This document shows positions 1 to 6,711 of a stretch of 37,360 nucleotides of DNA, piece by piece. The stretch is taken from IMG/VR virus record IMGVR_UViG_3300047539_000004; one strand, written 5' to 3'. The translations under genes and the position numbers were made by a program. Origin of the DNA: an uncultured virus (IMG/VR IMGVR_UViG_3300047539_000004) (Duplodnaviria > Heunggongvirae > Uroviricota > Caudoviricetes). Every line of letters begins with the position of its first letter. The stretch's first letter is position 1. The notes below the pieces were generated by a model. The model did no database searches and was not told the origin of the DNA. It was given only the letters and a program-made list of their open reading frames with translations.

Positions 1-336
1 TGTATCTCCCGCAAATGCGTTAGAACCGCCGCCTGTAATTGTTCCGGTGAATACTGAATGAATTCCATCAGTAGAAGCAGCAACTGAAGTCAGCACTAAT
101 ACACCGACTGAAGAAGCAGCAACTGAAGTTAGAGCCAATGCTGAACCTGTGTCAACCACCGCGCCTGAAACATCGGCAACTACGGGGTCAAGTTGAAAAG
201 TCTCTGGGTAACCACCCACACCAGTCAATGACAACTTAACACCATTGTACCCCGGAGTTGTTTTGCCGGGATGAATGTTGCCAGTTGACAAAATCTGTGC
301 TGCTACGCCAAGACCTGTAGTAGAATTAAATGCCAT
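1..336 (-). CDS. Virion structural protein downstream of the capsid gene (partial, runs off the window)
   Basis: ATG at 336 after GGAGA; open frame to the window edge (MAFNSTTGLGVAAQILSTGNIHPG...); rich in Gly/Ser/Thr/Val with a repeated LTSVAAS; lies right after the capsid gene. Confidence 0.7.
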   Translation of the reverse strand, partial: MAFNSTTGLGVAAQILSTGNIHPGKTTPGYNGVKLSLTGVGGYPETFQLDPVVADVSGAVVDTGSALALTSVAASSVGVLVLTSVAASTDGIHSVFTGTITGGGSNAFAGDT

Positions 337-394
337 TTATTTTCTCCATAGACGTCAAAGGAGAGTTTTTAGGCTCTCCTTCGATCAATTTGAA

Positions 395-3300
395 TTAGCT
401 GATTGCGCTTGCGGCATCAATCTCACGGATTCTGATTGTTGTATCCTATTTGTTATCAATAACTTGCGTCATTGAGTTAGGTCATTTCTGCCTAACTCTC
501 ATGGTTTTTGTTCCCATGAGAACGGACTATCGCATCACCTTTCGGTGCCCTCTCACTTAGTCTCTCACGCTGCCTTTCGGCTTGCGCCCTGTTAGCCATT
601 TCAGCTTCCAAGTCAATCAGAGTGGGTTTATTACTCGCCCCAATACAATGTTTAGGGCCGAGCGAAGTTGTAAAATGAACTCTATCAATTTGTTATAATA
701 TTTCCCAAATCTTTGGCTAAAGTATATATTTCTTCAAGCCTTTGTAAAACAACTTCTTGTGGAAGCTGTTTACCGTATGCGCGAGTCATGCTAGCTTCCA
801 TCCAAGCTTTTAAAGTAAAGCTAGATTTGCTAGTCTGACATGATAAGAATCTGGTTTCTTCGTGTGTAGTGCAGCAAGGAACTAAGTTACCTTTTACATG
901 GCCTATAGAGGAATTTAATCTATCTAATCCCCATACTTTACCATCTTCAGGCTTTCGTCCACAATAAGCACACACTCTAGGGTTTCCTTCACTATCTAAA
1001 TAGTAAGGAATAGCTTCAACAGGACTTGTAAATCCAAATTCCCGTTTTTCAAGTTTATCAGTCCACTTCATACTAGCGTAACGTTTCCGTATGCTCTTAT
1101 AATAACCGTTCGACATGGATTTAGCTTTTAAAACGCCTTCCATACCTTCCCGGTTAAAGTGAACTAGTTTACCTTGTTTTCTCCATTTCGCAGCCCATTC
1201 TTGAATAGTACCGATAGTTACGCCGGTTCTAGTTTGAATCTCTTTTTGACTACGATTTTTAGAAAGAAGTTCGAATACTTTATCTTCAGTTTCTTTATCA
1301 ATTTTTATCATGCATACCTTAGGAGATATTAGATTGAGCATTTCTGTCAATCTCTTATAGTTTTATTCCTATAAGATCGGACTATTACTTCAGCCGTTTG
1401 GCTGTCTTCTTGTTTAGTCTCTCACGGCGAAAAGAATTTGTCAAGTCTTTTCTTCCGCCTCGTTGCCGTTTCAGGTTTCGAGTCGATTAAAGAAGATTAC
1501 TGATATCCTGTTTAAAGGGTCAGCCCATATATGATATTCTTATATCATGTAATGTTTAGGAAGTCCATCCGGGGATTAGCCCTTCGGGATCGGCAACTGT
1601 CGGTTCCTGTTATTTAGTTGCCTACAACTTCTGAGAACGCCAAACCTTTTAAAATCAATAACTTACCAGCGTTCTGAACGATATTGCACTTGATGTTGCT
1701 CCATTCACCGTCACCAAAACCTGTATCGCCTTGCGCACCGAGTTTGATAGAGAAAATACCATCACGCCCGAAGCTTGGATTGTTACTCGCTTTTTATAGC
1801 GGAGCAAGTCATTTCTGCTTGCTTCTTGGAGTTAAATTCTGTTATTAATTTGCAATGCTCTAGGAATGTAGTTTGTGAGTAGTTACTTTTGAATGAATTG
1901 CACACTCCGCAGCAAGCTACTGTATTCTCAGTTTGATAACCTTTTGCATTGTCTACTCTATCTACACCGTTATAGGTGTAACTATTTTGACTACCATAAC
2001 ATTTAGGTTTCAAAATCTGATAAGGTTCTTTACCACAATAAAAGCAAGTTTGTTTTGTAAGAATTTGAAATTCTTCAAAACTCAAAGAAAAACTGTATCC
2101 ACGTTTCTTTGCCAGAGACTTGTAAGTACCCCACAATGAACGTACCAGAGTTGTTTCATTTTTAGGTATGAGTCCAAGCTGATACCTGCAACCACAACTT
2201 TTACAGTGACCGTTCCGTAACGATGTTCCGGTCACCACAATGGTCTTTCCGCAGTCACACTGGCATATCCAACGTGCTCTATTTTTCTTTGAAATGCTTC
2301 TTTTTATGACTAAAAGACTGCTAAATCTTTTTCCCAATAAATCGTCTAATGGGCACTTTCCGCAGCTTTTGGTTGAACCGCCTACAAGATTGCTGTAAAA
2401 GAGTATGTGCTCATTTCCACAATCACACATACATTTCCACCTTGTTGAACCGTTTACAGTTCCTTCACAAGATATCGCAACAAGGCGACCGAATCGCCTG
2501 CCAACGAGGTTGGTCTTCATTTTTTCTCCAAGAACGGACTATCGCATCTTCCAAAGTCTTATTATACCACAATAAGAATAGGAAGTCAAATCGTTTAGTC
2601 TCTACTGCTGCACGGTTGCCCTGCTTGCAGTCTGTTCCCATTTCAGGGTTCAGCTTGATTAGATTTGATTTTCCGTATCAGCTTTCGTCTGATAGGACAC
2701 CTTAGTTGATGTAGGTACGTAGGGCTGTTAGACCAGTCACTGACTTGTAGTTAGGTGTCTGGGTAACTTGGTTTGTTTGGAAGAAACGTACACCTGAAGA
2801 TGGGAACTCAATCATTTCTGCAAGGTCCACAGAAATCAAATCTTCCATCTTTGCTTGACCTACTGGTGTATGCTTCAAAATGTCGATAACTGAATCATTG
2901 CTGTTGTCAGCAAGAACGTCACCGATTGCAAATGGGTGAATTACGCCAGCAAAAGTCTTGCTTGCTTCGTCAAAGGGGCGAACTGAACGACCTGCAAGGC
3001 TCTGTACTGAGTTACGAATCTGGTTAAGGCTCAGAGTTGTAAACGCAGTTAGTGATGTTGCACCTAGCTGTGTTAGAACACTTGCATCAACTGCATTCGC
3101 ACCGTCTGCTGTTGCACGAACTAGACCGCTTAGTGACTCACCAAGGCGATATGAAAGTTCGCGTGCTACATTCTCTACAGTGTTATCAATTGCGGTTGCA
3201 AGTGATAGTGAACTGAAATTAGCATAGTCCTAAGTTGTTTTGGGGTTGCTGTGTCACCACAGGGCCGCTCTCATGGTCACCCATGAGTTCAGACTCTATC

Positions 3301-4525
3301 TTCACAGAATTGTCTGTGCCTGACGTATTAGTCGTTACGGATTCACCGCGATTAAGGGCCTTATTTTTATCATAGAATTCTTTGCGCTTGGATGGGTTTT
3401 GCTCCCGTTCACAACGAATAAATTCTAAGGCGTTTAATGCCTGTTCGCGTTTAATGAGTAAATATGGAAGGATTCCTAGTAGAAAAACTTCTTGCGCCTT
3501 CACACCGCCTTTCGTAAACCACTGAAATACTGGTCTTCCGGGGTTAAGTGCTTGCTTTTTTTTATAAACAACACCGCCAAAATTCTCAACAAAAAAGTCC
3601 ATTAGTTTTTGTGATGTATTGGCAACTTGTATACGAAGCATATAGGCTTTGTATGTAGTTCCGGCGCTGGTTACATGATTTGCTGCGCCAATGCTAATGC
3701 AGCCCTCTGCATCAACCATAGCGGCAGCATAAATCCAGTTTTCTTTATTACTCATTTGTGTCTTTCCTCGGTATTGTCTGTATTATAACAGAGTTTCACC
3801 GATATAGTCAAGTTTTGATTAATGAGAACGCCAACTAATTGATACTAAAGCACTTAGCGTACTCTCCGATGGTTGCTGTCGTAGTTAAAACGTTAATTGA
3901 AATGCCACTACCAACTGTACCCTCAGTTGTCTGAGTAGTATTAGCTGCAAAAGGTACGTACATGAAAAGTTCGTACTGATTACCGCTCTTAGTTGGTAAA
4001 TCCAATCTCTCAGAACATGCTACGAAAGGTGTTTGTGCTTTCAGATTCTCTCTGAATTTCTTCAAATTTGTTACGTGTTTTCACACGGATTAGGCATTTC
4101 TGCTAATCTCATACAGTTGTTTTTCCTGTATGTTCGGACTATCGCATCACTTAAATGAGTCTACATAAGCTTTTTATCTTCAACAGTTATGCCATATTTA
4201 CGCATAAGATGTTGCGGCATATCTCGATGAGCTTCTCTATACTTTTTAGCATATTGACGCATCTTATCTCGATGTGCAGCCCTATAGTTTTTATGATATT
4301 CTTTTAGTTGTTCTGGTGTTCTCATTATTTGTGTTCTCTCGCTTAGTCTCTCACGCTGCCATTACGCTTGCGCCCTGTTAGCAGATATAATACTCATTAT
4401 ATCATATTTCAGCTTCCAAGTCAATAAGAGAGAATTTAACCACGACAAGATTATTTATCGTAGTAACGTACTGTTGACTGAGGTAAATTAGACTGACTAT
4501 TACTTGATGGACTATAACCTGCCAT
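395..4525 (-). CDS. Major capsid protein, N4-gp56-like, 344 aa; exons 4525-4457, 4062-3856, 3229-2709, 1773-1668, 1606-1558, 685-654, 445-395
   Basis: Exons sum to 1035 nt in one open frame: MAGYSPSS...VRYYD|KKFRENLKAQ...IGEYA|DYANFSSL...GVIHPF...LRTYI|FGRDG...VQNA|EPTVADPEGLIPGWTS|YRVHFTTSLGP|DTTIRIREIDAASAIS*. Every junction follows the group I rule (exon ends in U, intron ends in G). Located after portal and scaffold. Confidence 0.88.
446..653 (-). ncRNA. Group I intron 6 (208 nt, no ORF)
   Basis: P1: CUCGGCCCU pairs with GGGGCGAG; core motifs GCAGCGUGAGAGACUAAG and GAUGCGAUAGUCC; ends UAACAAAUAG. Confidence 0.92.
685..1311 (-). CDS. Intron-encoded HNH-type homing endonuclease with N-terminal HTH-like region
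   Basis: CAYCG...GLDRLNSSIGHVKGNLVPCC; likely start ATG 1311 after TAAGGT; the TGA stop overlaps the 3' splice site. Confidence 0.75.
   Translation of the reverse strand: MIKIDKETEDKVFELLSKNRSQKEIQTRTGVTIGTIQEWAAKWRKQGKLVHFNREGMEGVLKAKSMSNGYYKSIRKRYASMKWTDKLEKREFGFTSPVEAIPYYLDSEGNPRVCAYCGRKPEDGKVWGLDRLNSSIGHVKGNLVPCCTTHEETRFLSCQTSKSSFTLKAWMEASMTRAYGKQLPQEVVLQRLEEIYTLAKDLGNIITN
686..1557 (-). ncRNA. Group I intron 5 (872 nt) with endonuclease ORF in its 3' region
   Basis: Core GCCGUGAGAGACUAAAC ... GAAGUAAUAGUCCG; ends AUAACAAAUUG; removal rebuilds a T|AT Tyr codon. Its P1 looks short (CCU with GGG). Confidence 0.85.
1607..1667 (-). other. 61-nt core-less group I-like mini-intron (intervening sequence 4)
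   Basis: Contains an in-frame TAA and shifts the frame; guide GGUUUGGCGUUCU pairs over 13 nt with ligated exons AGAACGCU|GAACC; small hairpin AGUUG-UAGG-CAACU; ends AUAACAG; no catalytic core. Confidence 0.8.
1783..2520 (-). CDS. Intron-encoded HNH homing endonuclease
   Basis: Two N-terminal GxRFxxL...WxCxCDCG...KSCG repeats; C-terminal CFYCG...GVDRVDNAKGY...CCGVCNSFK; GGAGA RBS. Confidence 0.88.
   Translation of the reverse strand: MKTNLVGRRFGRLVAISCEGTVNGSTRWKCMCDCGNEHILFYSNLVGGSTKSCGKCPLDDLLGKRFSSLLVIKRSISKKNRARWICQCDCGKTIVVTGTSLRNGHCKSCGCRYQLGLIPKNETTLVRSLWGTYKSLAKKRGYSFSLSFEEFQILTKQTCFYCGKEPYQILKPKCYGSQNSYTYNGVDRVDNAKGYQTENTVACCGVCNSFKSNYSQTTFLEHCKLITEFNSKKQAEMTCSAIKSE
2561..2589 (-). 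promoter_or_regulatory. Sigma70-type promoter inside intron 3
   Basis: TTGACT-17-TATAAT with an extended TG motif, 40 nt upstream of the HNH ATG. Confidence 0.75.
3219..3755 (-). CDS. Single-motif LAGLIDADG homing endonuclease
   Basis: WIYAAAMVDAEGCISI motif and ILPYLLIKREQA helix; the ORF continues through the intron core and 11 nt into exon 3. Confidence 0.88.
   Translation of the reverse strand: MSNKENWIYAAAMVDAEGCISIGAANHVTSAGTTYKAYMLRIQVANTSQKLMDFFVENFGGVVYKKKQALNPGRPVFQWFTKGGVKAQEVFLLGILPYLLIKREQALNALEFIRCEREQNPSKRKEFYDKNKALNRGESVTTNTSGTDNSVKIESELMGDHESGPVVTQQPQNNLGLC
3230..3855 (-). ncRNA. Group I intron 2 (626 nt) with LAGLIDADG ORF
   Basis: P1: GAGUACGCU with GGCGUUCUC; core CCGUAACGACUAAU ... 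AAGAUAGAGUC; ends AAACAACUUAG. Confidence 0.9.
3782..3811 (-). promoter_or_regulatory. Sigma70-type promoter inside intron 2
   Basis: TTGACT-18-TATAAT with an extended TG motif, followed by GAGGA and ATG 3755. Confidence 0.72.
4161..4325 (-). pseudogene. Truncated endonuclease VII-like homing endonuclease (54 aa) in intron 1
   Basis: MRTPEQLKEYHKNYRAAHRDK...HLMRKYGITVEDKKLM*; the xxKYGIT segment resembles the region just before the EndoVII nuclease domain, which is absent here. Confidence 0.6.
4396..4424 (-). promoter_or_regulatory. Sigma70-type promoter inside intron 1
   Basis: TTGACT-17-TATAAT with an extended TG motif. Confidence 0.72.
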
Positions 4526-4608
4526 TTTAGTTTCCTGTTATATGGAAACCCGTATTATTTTCCTCCAAAACAAGTACAAGTTTCTGTCCTTGTACGTCAA
4601 TTACATCA

Positions 4609-4700
4609 GTTAGTAATCCGACTAACCTTCAATTGCCTTCAACTAAGACTTCAGTTAAAGTTACCTCACGCATTGGTGGTTCAACAGTAATCCGACTGTT
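4609..4700 (-). promoter_or_regulatory. Twin hairpins in the capsid gene leader
   Basis: AACAGU-CGGAUU-ACUGUU (4683-4700) and GUUAGU-CGGAUU-ACUAAC (4609-4626). Confidence 0.55.
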
Positions 4701-4704
4701 TCAC

Positions 4705-5154
4705 CTATAAATCTGACACTGGACGCGCACTTTTATACATGCACAACCCATGTCTACCGTTTCCGTACATGTTCTCGTCAACAAGCGTCACCCTATACCC
4801 CAAATCGAAGTATAGTTTTTGTGCCGGATTGTTGGCCTCTACCTGAAGCCAAAATAGGCTATTCTCAGGCTTTTGAAACTCTCCAAAAGTCTTTTCAAAC
4901 ACTTCGAAAAGCTTTGTGGCGATTCCTTGCTTTCTATGTGTATACAATACTGCTATATTATAGACATATGGTAATTCATGTTTAATCTTACCAATTAAAA
5001 ATCCAACTACTGTTCCGTTGTCTTCTGCTACCCAAGTTTGCCCTTTCTCTGCCTGTGACATAAGTAACAGTTCAGGAGTGGGCCATTCGTGTGATAATTG
5101 GTCGATTATAAAGATTTGCTTAAAGTCTTCGTCTGTATACTTGCGTATAAGCAT
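4705..5154 (-). CDS. GNAT (RimI-like) acetyltransferase
   Basis: IAVLYTHRKQGIAT acetyl-CoA motif A; LQVEANNPAQKLYFDLGY. Confidence 0.88.
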   Translation of the reverse strand: MLIRKYTDEDFKQIFIIDQLSHEWPTPELLLMSQAEKGQTWVAEDNGTVVGFLIGKIKHELPYVYNIAVLYTHRKQGIATKLFEVFEKTFGEFQKPENSLFWLQVEANNPAQKLYFDLGYRVTLVDENMYGNGRHGLCMYKSARPVSDL

Positions 5155-5155
5155 G

Positions 5156-6145
5156 TTACTGCCTTGGCTTTCTCGCGTCGGCCTCTAGCTTGTCTACCTT
5201 CTTACCGAAAGTGGGGTCTGTCAGAAGCAATCTCTTGTAATCATCGGATGGCATCGCATTGAGTGCAGCCAGTCCCGTTAAGACAGTCTTTGAACCGTCT
5301 GGTTGACGTAGCTCGTATACAATGTCGCTTCCGGCTCTAGGAGATGTGCCTACGTCTGAAGCACTCGCTCTGGTTAGCCCTGTGGCAACCCTTACGGCTA
5401 TCGGCTCGGTTACAGGAGTTGGTATAATGACTTCTACAGGAACTACAGGAACTACCGCAACCGGCTCTACAACAACTGGCACAGGTTCGTGGCGAGTTGG
5501 TGCTTCTACGATTGCGTCATGTAGTTTGAGCGTGTCATACGCCTTCTGAAAGTTACTTTTTACAGGAGCTAGATCGTATCTCAGCATCCAAGAAGTCATA
5601 GCTTCCCAGTTCTCTTTGCATTTAAAGTATTTGGGATTGTCAGCTACAAACGAATCGGCCTCAACCTTTGCGCGAAGTCTGATATTGTCTTGCTGTACAT
5701 CCCTGATTGTCTCTCCAAACTGCTTTAGCGACCCGCCAATAGAAGCTTCTAACAGTGTCGAAGTGGCCTCAAGTGCTGTAGTCGGGTCTAATAGCTTACG
5801 TGAAATGTCATAACGTTCATCATTCGTCAGTTCACGCGGCTTAAATTCGATTGGTGTAGGGAATCTTGGTGCCTCTTCTGGAATCGTTTCATTGTCCACA
5901 ATTCCCATTCTGTTCTTGCGTGTCTCACTTCTCAACTTACGGATAAGCAATACGTTCTGCTCTCGTAGTTTAGTTGCTAACTCTTCGTGAGTTCTATATT
6001 TGATTACCTGCAAGCCGCCTATCGGTCCCCCATTTTCATCTTCCGGCTGAAATTCGTACTTCAGTTCGGGCAACTCTGGTATAACTTCTACTACAGGAAC
6101 TTCTACAGGAACTACCTGCTCAATAACTTCGCTTACTTCACTCAT
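5156..6145 (-). CDS. Probable capsid scaffolding protein
   Basis: Sits between portal and capsid genes; acidic N-terminus, helical middle, Pro/Val linker. Confidence 0.6.
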   Translation of the reverse strand: MSEVSEVIEQVVPVEVPVVEVIPELPELKYEFQPEDENGGPIGGLQVIKYRTHEELATKLREQNVLLIRKLRSETRKNRMGIVDNETIPEEAPRFPTPIEFKPRELTNDERYDISRKLLDPTTALEATSTLLEASIGGSLKQFGETIRDVQQDNIRLRAKVEADSFVADNPKYFKCKENWEAMTSWMLRYDLAPVKSNFQKAYDTLKLHDAIVEAPTRHEPVPVVVEPVAVVPVVPVEVIIPTPVTEPIAVRVATGLTRASASDVGTSPRAGSDIVYELRQPDGSKTVLTGLAALNAMPSDDYKRLLLTDPTFGKKVDKLEADARKPRQ

Positions 6146-6498
6146 AGTAGCGTCTCCTCTACGCTTGGGTCATACCCGTCTAAGTCTAATGCGGCTGCTG
6201 AATCTATCGGTGTTTGGTCTAACTTAGTGCTGGTCACCAAATCGGTAACCTCTTGGTCAATACGCTTAATCAGCATTGTGTAAAACTGTGCAGCAACCTT
6301 AGCATGTCTGTGCGCTCGTAAAACCTCTTCATCTTTTTCTTTGTTTATCCACGATACGACAAATTGATCTACCACAGACTTAGCTAACTTCTGAAATACC
6401 TTGAAGCCGGGATGGTAAACAATACCGGCTAAGTCTGCTACCTCTTGGTGGTTTAGCTGCATGTCTGGGTCATATGTCTTGAAGTCCAAGTCTTCCAT
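6142..6498 (-). CDS. Hypothetical head-module protein
   Basis: 118-aa ORF with AAGGA RBS, overlapping the next gene by 4 nt. Confidence 0.7.
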   Translation of the reverse strand: MEDLDFKTYDPDMQLNHQEVADLAGIVYHPGFKVFQKLAKSVVDQFVVSWINKEKDEEVLRAHRHAKVAAQFYTMLIKRIDQEVTDLVTSTKLDQTPIDSAAALDLDGYDPSVEETLL

Positions 6499-6499
6499 A

Positions 6500-6652
6500 T
6501 TATTCTTCCTTTACAATACGAAACGAACGTACTTTCGGAAAAATAGGTTTATGGTCTGGACCTTCGAGATAATAGCCTTCTGGTAAGTAAAAAAACTTCT
6601 CTTCTTCAACTACCTCTTTAAAATTTTCAAACACTTCTTCTAGTTTTACCAT
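6500..6652 (-). CDS. Small hypothetical protein (50 aa)
   Basis: MVKLEEVFENF...KVRSFRIVKEE* after GGGAGGGG; below the ORF-track cutoff. Confidence 0.55.
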   Translation of the reverse strand: MVKLEEVFENFKEVVEEEKFFYLPEGYYLEGPDHKPIFPKVRSFRIVKEE

Positions 6653-6711
6653 TTCCCCTCCCAAGGATGTAACTGAACGGTTACTTGTTGAAAAGTAACC
6701 GCTCGGTGTCT

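Larger units (their letters stand above)
1774..2708 (-). ncRNA. Group I intron 3 (935 nt) with HNH ORF
   Basis: P1: ACAU with GUGU; core GCAGCAGUAGAGACUAAAC ... GAUGCGAUAGUCC; ends GUAACAAUCCAAG; removal rebuilds AT|C (TYIFGRDG). Confidence 0.9.
4063..4456 (-). ncRNA. Group I intron 1 (394 nt)
   Basis: P1: UACGAU with GUCGUG; core GCAGCGUGAGAGACUAAGC ... GAUGCGAUAGUCC; ends GUAACAAAUUUG. The 3' site could alternatively lie 3 nt further downstream. Confidence 0.9.

Noticed and set aside
686..1667. Skipping exon 5 by splicing exon 4 directly to exon 6
   Set aside because: Exon 4 ends in phase 0 and exon 6 starts in phase 1, giving a frameshift and losing the ADPEG..GW segment
1600..1670. Translational bypassing (T4 gene 60 style) over the 61-nt insert
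   Set aside because: The codon before the stop is AAC, and the two nearby downstream AAC triplets both land in the wrong frame; the pairing pattern fits splicing better
3835..4065. 76-aa standalone ORF from the track
   Set aside because: It is capsid exon 2 plus flanking intron sequence
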